Shown here: piece after piece, positions 8,905-18,112 of the stretch
How positions within the stretch are numbered: position 1 is the stretch's first letter
How the letters are laid out: every line of letters starts with the position of its first letter
From: a virus
Taxonomy: Duplodnaviria; Caudoviricetes
Strand: one strand, 5' to 3'
Virus record (IMG/VR): IMGVR_UViG_3300011335_000228
Location: 1 to 27,524 of that record
Length of the DNA stretch: 27,524 bases
Program-made: the position numbers and the translations under genes
Notes under the pieces: model-generated
Databases searched by the model: none
What the model was told of the DNA's origin: nothing
What the model saw: only the letters and a program-made list of their open reading frames with translations

Positions 8905-10476
8905 TTATTTGACAGTGTAGCCTTTGGCCTTTATTGCGTCCATAACTTCTTGCTTTGATTTTCCGCTTGCCGCTACAGTAGCATCAATGTCCGCCATAGA
9001 TATTACCTTACTTGTAGCAGTTGGTTTTGGTGCGGCGGCAGGTGCGGGTGCGTTACCAGCAGCGGCCTCTGATTTTTGGAAAACTCCGCGTAGTCTATTC
9101 TCTTCCGCTTGCAAAAGACTATTGGCTCCTTCCGTATCTTTCTTACGAAGAGCTGCTCTGTACGCTGAACCGGCTGAGTCAGTAGATTTAAACTTCTGCA
9201 ACGCCTCATTAACTTTAGTATCAATATTCGCTTGTACAGGCGCAAGTCTAGTTGCAGCGTTAAGGCCCCCAATTTCACCAGTAGAAAACGAAGTTTTAAG
9301 TCTAGTCGCTGTTTCATCGCTAGCCGTTTTGCGCACTCGTGCATCAAATGCTTCGGGAGTTTCATTTGGTTTTGGTTTTAACGTTGATCTAAAGTAGTCT
9401 ATATTGTTTTGGAGGATTTGCTCTTGGTATTTAGGGCCAGCGCCTTTGTTACCGCGATTAGCAGCTTTATATACGTCAGCGTCTAGCTTAGCCAAAGCTT
9501 GAGCCTTGTTTAATTTAAACCTATTGGCATCAGCCTTTTCTTTACGCGCAGTTTCAGCCGCAGCCTGAGCACCACGAATATCACCCATACGTTCTTTGCG
9601 TTGGGCGTCGGCTAAAGAGAACTGCATGCTCTCGATAGATCGTTGTTCGGCTAGGTCGGCACGCTTTACTTCGCCCATCTGTTGCGCAAATACAGGGAAC
9701 GCTTTTGCTGCGCCCCGGGCTAAACTATTACCTTCAAGAATAGCTCCAGCGGCGGCTAATAAAGCTAGACCCTGTCCTTGACTTGTATTCTTACCCCGCG
9801 CTTCTTCCCGTTCTTTAAGACGTTTGTTAGCTGGATCATAGATATTTGGCCCAGCGTTTTTATTAACGAAGTCCATGTACTTTTGCCTAATGTCTTGATC
9901 TTCATTTCGGCTAAGAGCTTCGTCTTCAATACCCATAAGTTCTGCACGTGACTGTTGAACGTTTCTAGACGCTAAAGCTTTTTGGTCGTCTGTGCCACCG
10001 TCACCCGTTAAATCATCTACATAAGTACCCGTTTCATCTTCATCATATGGTGTACCGGGGGGCAAAGTAAGACCGCCGTTATCAAAAGCAACAATACCAC
10101 CACCACAATAATCTTCATCGGTAGTTGGCAAACTAGCCAAGCCACCAGAGGCTGCTTGCATAGGGGGAGCTTGAGGAGCACGTTGCGGCATACCTTGTGG
10201 CATCTGACCTGCGGGTGCACCCATAGGAATCATCCCAGCCAAACCTTGTGGGGGTGCGGGGGGAGCTAAATTTTGAGCGAGGATAGAGGGAGCAGAAGTT
10301 GGTTGCTGTGCCTGACCCGCCATAGCCGCCATTTGAGATTATTTAACTAACTTTAGCGCATTCAGTGCCGTGTATGGATCCAACTTAGGATCAGGGCTTT
10401 GACCCATCACTGCCGCACGAAGCGCATTGGGGTTACTTTTAAACCGCTCGGCGTAGACAGATGCCATGTCGATCAT
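8905..10476 (-). CDS. Probable internal virion/ejection protein. Likely true start at 10476 with an in-frame TAA at 10339-10341; the ORF track gives 8905..10332.
   Basis: TAAGGA SD plus ATG at 10476 is in frame with the 475-aa ORF (144 nt upstream). It reads MIDMASVYAERF...LKLVK*SQMAAM. Pro/Gln-rich N-terminal part, AxGG motifs, coiled-coil-like middle. Confidence 0.7.
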
Positions 10477-10485
10477 GATTATTCC

Positions 10486-11544
10486 TTAGACCAAATGATT
10501 CAAAGCAAGTGCGCCGATGCCACCGCCATTAGAGTAAGCCATACCGCCTTCAGCCATAGCTTGAGCTAAACCACCATTTGCACCGCCCCAAAGTTTACTA
10601 ACACCAGCCGCGCCAAGACCTAACGAAGCAACTGTTTGTGCTGTAGAAGGAGGGGCTTGATATACAGAGGAGCCAGTCTGAGTTAATGGTACGCCACGAA
10701 TAATGTCGGACATGAAGCCGAGTTGTTTGTATGGGTAGTTTTGGTAATTTTGGAAATCACCGTATTTAGTATCAAGGTCTTTTTGTATCTGCGCTTGTTG
10801 TTGCAAGCCGTATTGATTCTGCAGTGCGTTAACACCCATGTTTTGTTGGTACTGATTTTGACCCAACTGACCTAGTGTATTTGCGCTAGTCAATGCTGTT
10901 TGTAAACCCTGAAGACCAAGACCCGCACCAAACTGACCTTGCTGTGCGTTTAATTGTGCGCCAGCTAAGTTCTGAGCTTGGGATTGATTGAATTGCTGCT
11001 GGGCATTTTGAAAAGCATTCTGTGCCCCAGTAGCTGCAATATCACCCTTTTGACGAGCTAAGTTACCGGCTGCTTGCGCACGCATAATGTAATCACCGCT
11101 GCCACCAAAAGCACCTGCACGGGCAGCTTGAGCGCCTTGGCCTTGAGCTGCAATATCAGCTTGACGTTGGGCATCGGCTTGTTGGCGACTAACAACTTCG
11201 TTCATGTACGGAGACATGTACTGGCTTACATTTGCCCCGGTGAACTTGTCTGCTGAATATGGGTTGTACGTAAAGCTTGTGTTCAACGCACCGAGACCAG
11301 CCTCGCCTGCCATAGACGTTGCATCTTTCAGTTGCGGTGAGGTCTGCATTAATGCAGCGTTTTCGTACGACTGCTGCTGAAGCGGGGAGAACTGAGCATT
11401 ACGCTCCCCTTGGTACTGCATGTAAGGGTTAGCCGAAGTATCAGTCAGCGCTTGCGCTTGCCCTAGTAAAGTTTCTGCGTAGGGTGCAATCTGGGGCGCA
11501 AAGCCCGTTTGGTATTCCGTTACTGAGGTTGGAGTTGTAGCCAT
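10486..11544 (-). CDS. Gln/Ala/Gly-rich internal virion (DNA ejection/pilot-like) protein
   Basis: TAAGGA SD. Q/A/G-rich helical composition, YMSPYM and AGAFGGS motifs, and a hydrophobic Gly-rich C-terminus. Lies among the internal-protein genes downstream of the tail nozzle gene. Confidence 0.7.
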   Translation of the reverse strand: MATTPTSVTEYQTGFAPQIAPYAETLLGQAQALTDTSANPYMQYQGERNAQFSPLQQQSYENAALMQTSPQLKDATSMAGEAGLGALNTSFTYNPYSADKFTGANVSQYMSPYMNEVVSRQQADAQRQADIAAQGQGAQAARAGAFGGSGDYIMRAQAAGNLARQKGDIAATGAQNAFQNAQQQFNQSQAQNLAGAQLNAQQGQFGAGLGLQGLQTALTSANTLGQLGQNQYQQNMGVNALQNQYGLQQQAQIQKDLDTKYGDFQNYQNYPYKQLGFMSDIIRGVPLTQTGSSVYQAPPSTAQTVASLGLGAAGVSKLWGGANGGLAQAMAEGGMAYSNGGGIGALALNHLV

Positions 11545-11553
11545 ATTTTTTCC

Positions 11554-14412
11554 TTACGCGGGAAGATATTTGTCGGCACGGCTGTTGTTAGCCACTTTGC
11601 CTTTACCGATAGAACCTTTACGGGCGGCTTGAACTCTGTCCATCATTGCATAGAGCTTACGTGCGCCAGCTTCTGTTGAGCCATTGCCCAACTCAGACAC
11701 AATGCGTGCAGGTACTACAAATTCACCGTCGGCAAGTCGTGCGGGTTGTTTGTTACCAATCGTTGCAGGGATGGAATCAGACACACCATCACCGGGGCCT
11801 TTTAATAAGCGACCACCATCAGAGTAACCGCCAAGATTAAACTGAGCAGCACCGCCATCTGCATAGACCTGTGGGGCACGTGAAGTAAATTTACCAGTTG
11901 ACTTTGAGAAGAATGGTTGATGCGTAGCACCACCACGAGCCATAGTTAAAGCAGCTAGACCGCCTTCGGCTTGACCGCCTGTACCAGAAGAACTTTCTGA
12001 GGAAGCATTACCGGTAGTCCCTGCTGTGCTTGTATCTGCTGGAGCACCGCCAGAGAACAACTTTTGTATCTCAGTAATTGGCATGCCTGTAGCCGCAGCA
12101 ATCTGCTCAACTGACAAGTTGTTTGTCTTAGCCCATGTGTAGAAATCAGAAGCGGATGGTTTAGTTGCCATCTGAGCAATGACGTCTTTATTAGTGACGT
12201 TATAGACTTTATTACCTTTAGCGTCGTACGTTGGGATAGCGTAGTCAGGATTGATTTTGTACTGCTTAGTTACAGGATCAAACAAGTACATTTTCTTAGA
12301 CACGTTTGCAGGCATGCCCAATACCGACTCGGCATAAGGCTTCATCACTTCGCCAGTGGGGGTGTACGGTGTAGGTGAGTAGGGTGTCTTACCAGTCAAG
12401 TAATCGTACGATTGCTTAGATCCACCGGTTAACTTGTTGTATTTAGCATTGAAATCTTCGATGCTTGTTGGTACGTAAGGTGTGTAACCAAGACTTCCAC
12501 CGCCAGTTGTGTACGCGTTGCGCACATCAGTCATACCCGTGAACCCGCCGACAGGGATGCCGGGGATATTTGGACGAGTTGTGATTGTGCCGTTAGGGTT
12601 AACAGTCGTGATACCTGCACCACTTACGCCGGGAGGCAAGCCAGTAACAGTTTCTAAGCTACCACCTGTACCTGTGCCGTCTCTTGTGTATGTGGGGATA
12701 GTTGCACCCGCACCACCTGTACCTGTAACTGTGTTTGTAACAGTTTTAATAGTTGGGTTTGCTTTGAGCTTTTCCAATTCAAAACGGGCACGCACTTCGG
12801 CAATAGAAAGCCCTGTGGCCTGCGCCATTGCATTAGGATCGTACTGAGGCTTATCCCAAGTACCGTTGCCAACCATTAACTTAGCCCAGTCGGTGTCTGT
12901 TACAGTGCCTTTCTTTGCGTCAGATAATGCGTACATGCCTTTATCTAAGTTGTATCCTTGCTGAATCATGTCCTTAGTCCAGCCAGCGTACTTAGGATCA
13001 ATAGCTAAGTTAGCTGCGTACAACTCGTTGGGATCAATCCCCCGCGCTATCATTTGATTGTAAATCCCAAGCGTGCCAGAACCACGGTCAGTTTCTGTTG
13101 AGCCACGGAAAGGGTTATCTAAACTAGCAATATATTGGTTGACTGCGTTGGGGTCTACCTTAGTATCTCGAATTGCTGTTTGTACTTGTTCGTTTGTAGC
13201 GCCTTTATTGTCTGCAAACCACTGACCAATTTGTTCTGGTGTATAGCTTGTGTACGCTGGGGCTGCGGCAGCTTGAGCTACTGGTGCTGCTTGTTGTGCG
13301 GGAGGCGTAAATAAATTAATGCCTAAACCAGCCAAGCCAGAGGTATCAAAACCTTTGTACGTGTCGGCTACATCAGCCGCAGTAATTTTATTGGCTTGAG
13401 CAAGTTCGTTGACTTTACTGTAATCCCCTGCGGCATAAGCAGCATCAATTGCTGCTTTGGTATCTCCACCAATAGCGTATCCAGCAATACCGCCTTCAGC
13501 CATCTTCATAACGCCGCCGCCATCATGGGCATAGTTAAACATACCACCTGTGTTTTGCATGCCGTCTAAGTTACGCTGAGACATAGGAGAGTTGGCGCTC
13601 TCATCAAAACCCATGACACCGCCATCAGCGGCTTTCTTTACTTGCGCTTCATAGGGATTACCCGCAGTGTATGTACCGCTGTATGGGTCGTAAGAATATG
13701 GGCGAATCATGCCGGGTTTTGTTGTAGTCGTCGGCAAATTAGATTTAACTGCTTGGTCTGCCAGAATAGGAGCAGCTGCTGCAGCCATATATTTAAAGTT
13801 ATCTGCGTTAGCGTATCCCATTGGGTTAGCTTTAACTGCGTCAAAACCTTTAGCTATTTTATCAAACGGTGACGTTTCCGCTACTCTATTAGCAGCTTGC
13901 TGTTGGATTCCTTTGACTGTTTCATCGCTAAGAGCAGAGCTATTTAGAATACCGGTCTCTCCACCGGGTAAGGCATTACTAAAAGAACTACCTGCGTCTG
14001 CTAAGTTAAATGCCATGTCTCCAGCAAGTCCTGCACCTTGACCACCAATAGAACTTGCGCCAGCCGCGCTCATACCTGCGCCTAGACCAGCACCACCGTA
14101 AGCACCTAGACCTGCAGAAATACCCTTACCAATATCGCCTGTACGAATAGTTTGAGCACCACCAACTAGCATTGCGGCAACATTAGGTGGCACACCTGCC
14201 ATAGATAAACCCACACCAATAATAGCTGGGAGCAACTTATCTAAGAAGCCAGCTTCGGGTAAACCCGTATCAGGATTGATAGTCAGTGAGCCGCCATGTT
14301 TCATGGCCAAAGCTTGTAGCCCCTGCACTTCACGTGGGGACATGTGGATAAGCATCGAATCGCCGCCGCGACCCTTGGATGCCATGTGGTCGGCTAGTAC
14401 AGCAAGGCTCAT
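11554..14412 (-). CDS. Large (952 aa) probable internal virion protein
   Basis: GAGAGG SD. N-terminal GRGGD...GGSLTINPDTGLPE motif followed by a hydrophobic Gly/Ala stretch, internal helical repeats, and a C-terminal GPGDGVSDSIPA...LADGEFVVPA motif of the kind found in phage tape-measure and internal proteins. Confidence 0.7.
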   Translation of the reverse strand: MSLAVLADHMASKGRGGDSMLIHMSPREVQGLQALAMKHGGSLTINPDTGLPEAGFLDKLLPAIIGVGLSMAGVPPNVAAMLVGGAQTIRTGDIGKGISAGLGAYGGAGLGAGMSAAGASSIGGQGAGLAGDMAFNLADAGSSFSNALPGGETGILNSSALSDETVKGIQQQAANRVAETSPFDKIAKGFDAVKANPMGYANADNFKYMAAAAAPILADQAVKSNLPTTTTKPGMIRPYSYDPYSGTYTAGNPYEAQVKKAADGGVMGFDESANSPMSQRNLDGMQNTGGMFNYAHDGGGVMKMAEGGIAGYAIGGDTKAAIDAAYAAGDYSKVNELAQANKITAADVADTYKGFDTSGLAGLGINLFTPPAQQAAPVAQAAAAPAYTSYTPEQIGQWFADNKGATNEQVQTAIRDTKVDPNAVNQYIASLDNPFRGSTETDRGSGTLGIYNQMIARGIDPNELYAANLAIDPKYAGWTKDMIQQGYNLDKGMYALSDAKKGTVTDTDWAKLMVGNGTWDKPQYDPNAMAQATGLSIAEVRARFELEKLKANPTIKTVTNTVTGTGGAGATIPTYTRDGTGTGGSLETVTGLPPGVSGAGITTVNPNGTITTRPNIPGIPVGGFTGMTDVRNAYTTGGGSLGYTPYVPTSIEDFNAKYNKLTGGSKQSYDYLTGKTPYSPTPYTPTGEVMKPYAESVLGMPANVSKKMYLFDPVTKQYKINPDYAIPTYDAKGNKVYNVTNKDVIAQMATKPSASDFYTWAKTNNLSVEQIAAATGMPITEIQKLFSGGAPADTSTAGTTGNASSESSSGTGGQAEGGLAALTMARGGATHQPFFSKSTGKFTSRAPQVYADGGAAQFNLGGYSDGGRLLKGPGDGVSDSIPATIGNKQPARLADGEFVVPARIVSELGNGSTEAGARKLYAMMDRVQAARKGSIGKGKVANNSRADKYLPA

Positions 14413-14440
14413 AGTTGCCTCTCAAAATGGGGGTTGTTTG

Positions 14441-14469
14441 ATAATATCATGATGGAAGCGCGGACACAA
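14441..14469 (-). promoter_or_regulatory. Putative sigma70 promoter TTGTGT-N17-TATTAT with extended -10 TG
   Basis: On the minus strand: TTGTGT (14469-14464), 17-nt spacer ending in TGA, TATTAT (14446-14441). The -10 ends 28 nt upstream of the 14412 start codon, at the only sizeable intergenic gap in the operon. Confidence 0.5.
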
Positions 14470-15091
14470 ATGAAAGTGTAGCTACGACAGAAGCAGTTGA
14501 AGGTTTTGTAGGGGTGCCAGAAGCCGCATAAGTTTCTATGGTTACAGCCGCATTGGTTGTAGACCAGTAAATCTGGACGTAGTCACCTGCGTTCATGGAT
14601 AGAAAATAGTTCCAGCCTTTAATGTCGTGGAACGGAACACCAGCACTTTTCCTAGCAGGCATACCCACTTTCCCCGTAGAGCCAACAATGTCTGTGCCGT
14701 TTTGCTTCAACCAGATAAACACATCCTGCGGTGCATTGTCCAAGTTTTGTAGCTGTGCGCTAAACTGCAAGTTGTATATACCGGCGTTTTCCACCGTTAT
14801 TTTTGACCCTGTTTGCAACGATACCGTGTTTGAAAAATCCGTCGTGTTTAACGCCATCAACGTAGCAGTGTTGACTGTAGTTGTTTGGGATGTAAAGTCT
14901 GAAAACGCCCCATAAGGGAACGCCACATATTTACCGCCAGCACCGCCAAATAACTCATTTAAAGCGTTGCGTAGTTGGTTAAAGTACAAACGCAAGACGT
15001 TAGTAAACTGATCCTGATACCGTTGGTCGTACTCTTTTGTCCCCAGCGGTAAGCTGGGAACTGCGGGATTGATAATGCGACCACCAGCCAT
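14447..15091 (-). CDS. Tail-associated protein with N-terminal helix and C-terminal C1q/TNF-like beta-sandwich
   Basis: TAATG overlap with the upstream gene. YGAF...ITVENAGIYNLQFSAQ...WLKQNG...MNAGDYVQIYW pattern is C1q-like. Confidence 0.6.
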   Translation of the reverse strand: MAGGRIINPAVPSLPLGTKEYDQRYQDQFTNVLRLYFNQLRNALNELFGGAGGKYVAFPYGAFSDFTSQTTTVNTATLMALNTTDFSNTVSLQTGSKITVENAGIYNLQFSAQLQNLDNAPQDVFIWLKQNGTDIVGSTGKVGMPARKSAGVPFHDIKGWNYFLSMNAGDYVQIYWSTTNAAVTIETYAASGTPTKPSTASVVATLSFVSALPS

Positions 15092-17172
15092 TAGCGCCTA
15101 CCATCCGGTCTAATATCAATACGTGGAGCGCCAAGCTGCCAAGCCGTGTTGAGTTGGTTTGACTCAATCTTAAAGATCATCTGGCGACCACGCATACGTG
15201 TGTAAATCTGCCCCGTAAACTCTTCGGTAATATCGTATGTACTACTGCTATATACCGGTTGACTTGCGCTACTTGTTCTGCCAGAGCCGGAGTTTGCCAA
15301 ACCGTACAGAGTCATGGTGACTTTTGGTACATCACCATTAGGAGCGTTGGTAGAGTCAGAAAAAGTTAAGTCCGGCAAGACACGCCAGATGAAGCCAAAG
15401 TTATGGCCATCGCCAATATCAAACTCAGACGAACTAATATAAGCATTGATCGGAGCCTCAGTACCTGTTGCGTTGTCATTGTTTCCGTCCTCATGGAAGA
15501 CCAGATTGCCTGTGGCAGTGGTGCTATTGTAAGGTGCGGCAATAGGGAATGCTTGTAAACCAGAGTCAAGCCAAGCTGTGCGGCTCATCGTGCCGTAGTA
15601 CCAAACTTTTTCAAGGTAGTTGTACACGACATACTTATCAATCGCTGTACTGTTGGCAGAGCAGTAGAACCACCAGACCTCGTTAAAGCCTTCATTGGTG
15701 CCTGAAAAAACTTGTAGTGCTTGTTCTTGGTTTAAATCTTGGAACACGTAGCGGCGCAAGTCACAGTTAAGTGTATTGATGCGACCGTCATACGCATAGA
15801 ACTTATCTACACCCATCCAGTACACAACACCAGAAGCAATCACAGCCGAGTTAGGGCTCATGATAGAAATATTGTCGCCAAGGAGTTGTGGAGCCCATAC
15901 GTAAGGAGGGCCAAGGTATTGCAAAGAGTAGACGCTTGAGTCTGTAAACACCACAATCTCTTGACGGGTCTGAACTGTCGTAACAATCTGTGAGCCGTGG
16001 GAGAGTCGGGTAAACCCTGCCTGATTGGTGGGGTCTGGTGTCCAGTTGTAGGGGTCATTTTGCCCAGACCAGCGGATCAGCATAGGGTCAAGCGTGGCTG
16101 AACCATAATCGTTTGTGCCAAACACCATTACAAAACGCGATGAGTCAGACACAGTCAAGTTGTTTTGAACAACGGGGCAGTCAACAATGTTAGATACTGC
16201 GCCCGAGCCAGTGGTTGAAGTGTTAACCGCAGCGCCTGCTGTAGTCAGCAATTTAAACGTCAGTCCAACTACTTCGTACACAATGTATGTAGTATCTGCT
16301 GTAACACCGGTAGGTAATGAACCCCCAGAGAACTGAAGCGCCGCACCTTCTGTGTAGGCAACCGTAGACGTAACAACCGTTGGGGATGCGCTAGTAAATG
16401 TAACCGTACCGCCCAAAGAACTAAGCAAAACACCGCGAGTGCTTACGCCGTTAGCCGCAGTCCAATAGTAAAGCGCTCCACCACGTGGGCCATAAACTAA
16501 ATCTTGGCCGTAGTTTATTTGATTCCACAGACGCAAAGATGATGTGGTTGTTCCGCCGTTACCCCAAGTCGTACCTGTTTGACCCCAAGAACCAGCACCC
16601 CAACCAAGAAGTGGAACAGGAGTTGCAGGGCCAGCACTAACTTGGTAAGCAGCTACAACAGCCGAGCCACCATAAGGGCCACCAGACAATGCTGTCGGCA
16701 CAGTGATAGTAAATGAGCTACCGCCTACAGAAACAATTTGGTATTCCGCATTGAACGTAGAAGCGTACGTACCCGTAGCGCCGGAAAATGTAACGTAAGT
16801 ACCAGCAGTCAGACTTGTTGTGGAAGCAGTGACCGTGACTGTAGTTGTGCCATTTGTAGCAAACGGATTTGCGCCCAGCGTTACGGTGGAGGCAATAGGG
16901 GTAATGTCATAGTACGCACCACCCTGTTCAATATAGAACTTAACGTTTGTGCCTACGCCGACATAGTTAGCGCCTGCTAGTGTCGTCCAATTCCATAAAG
17001 AGCGACATACGCCACTGTACGTGTACCCGGAAATCTGTTGCCAGCCACCGATAACCTCTGGCGTACCTTGGCGAAAACGAATCTTGTCGCACTCGTACCA
17101 ACCGCCTTCGGTCGTATACCTAGTGTTCTCCCGGTTGACGCCCGGCTTAAACAGAACTTTTTGTAATGGCAT
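15091..17172 (-). CDS. Tail nozzle / DNA-stabilization protein (P22 gp10 / T7 gp12-like)
   Basis: 693 aa, Trp/Tyr-rich beta-propeller-like motifs (LIRWSGQ, VYWMGVDKFYAYDG, NEVWWFY, WYYGTMSRTAW) and C-terminal RMRGRQ...IRPDGRR. Sits directly before the internal-protein genes. Confidence 0.75.
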   Translation of the reverse strand: MPLQKVLFKPGVNRENTRYTTEGGWYECDKIRFRQGTPEVIGGWQQISGYTYSGVCRSLWNWTTLAGANYVGVGTNVKFYIEQGGAYYDITPIASTVTLGANPFATNGTTTVTVTASTTSLTAGTYVTFSGATGTYASTFNAEYQIVSVGGSSFTITVPTALSGGPYGGSAVVAAYQVSAGPATPVPLLGWGAGSWGQTGTTWGNGGTTTSSLRLWNQINYGQDLVYGPRGGALYYWTAANGVSTRGVLLSSLGGTVTFTSASPTVVTSTVAYTEGAALQFSGGSLPTGVTADTTYIVYEVVGLTFKLLTTAGAAVNTSTTGSGAVSNIVDCPVVQNNLTVSDSSRFVMVFGTNDYGSATLDPMLIRWSGQNDPYNWTPDPTNQAGFTRLSHGSQIVTTVQTRQEIVVFTDSSVYSLQYLGPPYVWAPQLLGDNISIMSPNSAVIASGVVYWMGVDKFYAYDGRINTLNCDLRRYVFQDLNQEQALQVFSGTNEGFNEVWWFYCSANSTAIDKYVVYNYLEKVWYYGTMSRTAWLDSGLQAFPIAAPYNSTTATGNLVFHEDGNNDNATGTEAPINAYISSSEFDIGDGHNFGFIWRVLPDLTFSDSTNAPNGDVPKVTMTLYGLANSGSGRTSSASQPVYSSSTYDITEEFTGQIYTRMRGRQMIFKIESNQLNTAWQLGAPRIDIRPDGRR

Positions 17173-17175
17173 CGG

Positions 17176-17619
17176 TCAATCCAGTAAGGCGCACTCAGCC
17201 GTGCGGCGTTTTAACAAGCCCGGCAATACCTTGCCGCCACCTTTAGTCCAGAGCATCAGTTGTTCTTTTGCGCCTTCCCAATCATTGGCGTTGATTTTCC
17301 TCTTTAACGTCGAGGTTTGCAAGCGTCCTGTGCCCAAATTATAGGCAAAATCTACGATGGCATTGCACTTGCGCACGTCTGTAATTAAACCGGGGCAGTT
17401 ACGCAAAACACCGGGTAGGTACGTATGCTCAAGCTCAATCATCAAAAGCGCTCTAGCCGTGGGTTCATCCATTGGAGCGTCTTGCAAAGTTACCTTGCGG
17501 CCATCTGCGTAGTAGGTTGAGCCGTAGCCAATCGTGGGAACGCCAGCCGGACACAAGTACGGCTTGGATTTAAAACCCTCAAACTGACGGCACAGGGCAG
17601 ACGCTATTTCAAGGTTCAT
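17176..17619 (-). CDS. Endolysin, GH24 phage lysozyme
   Basis: Catalytic E-x8-C-x5-T pattern (FEGFKSKPYLCPAGVPTIGYG), FAYNLG, and C-terminal WTKGGGKVLPGLLKRR. Confidence 0.95.
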   Translation of the reverse strand: MNLEIASALCRQFEGFKSKPYLCPAGVPTIGYGSTYYADGRKVTLQDAPMDEPTARALLMIELEHTYLPGVLRNCPGLITDVRKCNAIVDFAYNLGTGRLQTSTLKRKINANDWEGAKEQLMLWTKGGGKVLPGLLKRRTAECALLD

Positions 17620-18110
17620 AGCCCGCGTTGCTTGAGAGTTCTATCGAGGAACCAATAGTTAATCGTTCCAGACAGCAGGGCTGAAAAGTCAGGAGTCATC
17701 ATGGTTTTGAACACTTCTACGGCTGGCGCACCAGCCAACCATGCGTTCCATGCAAACCATACATGGATGAATGACCAGACAAACAGCACCCAATATGTGA
17801 CTACAGGACGGACAGAAGCGGACAGACTAGCTACCCAACCGCCTGCGGCTTTAACCATTTCAGCCTGTTGCTGGATTGCAGAGTTAAAGGCATCCATGAC
17901 TCCAACGTCAACGGCGGCTTCCCGCTGTGCGCCAATCTCAGCCAACTTCTGCTGACCGCGCATCTGCTCCAACTCACACTGACGGCCAAACATGGCAAGC
18001 TCGTGCTCACGCTCATTCTTCTTGTCAAAGAACTTCAGGACTTCAGGGGCCATGCGGAACAAGCCGCCAAAGATGGAGCCAAGCAAGCCCCCAGAAAGGA
18101 TTTCAAACAT
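17616..18110 (-). CDS. Putative holin (resembles the 3TM GTA-type holin family)
   Basis: N-terminal hydrophobic helix, coiled region, WVASLSASVRPVVTY followed by a TM helix, and YWFLDR ending. ATGA overlap with the lysozyme gene. Confidence 0.7.
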   Translation of the reverse strand: MFEILSGGLLGSIFGGLFRMAPEVLKFFDKKNEREHELAMFGRQCELEQMRGQQKLAEIGAQREAAVDVGVMDAFNSAIQQQAEMVKAAGGWVASLSASVRPVVTYWVLFVWSFIHVWFAWNAWLAGAPAVEVFKTMMTPDFSALLSGTINYWFLDRTLKQRGL

Positions 18111-18112
18111 GG

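Noticed and set aside
10339-10341. Genome-wide stop-codon reassignment
   Set aside because: This is the only interrupted gene. TAA, TAG and TGA all terminate other genes at tightly coupled junctions.
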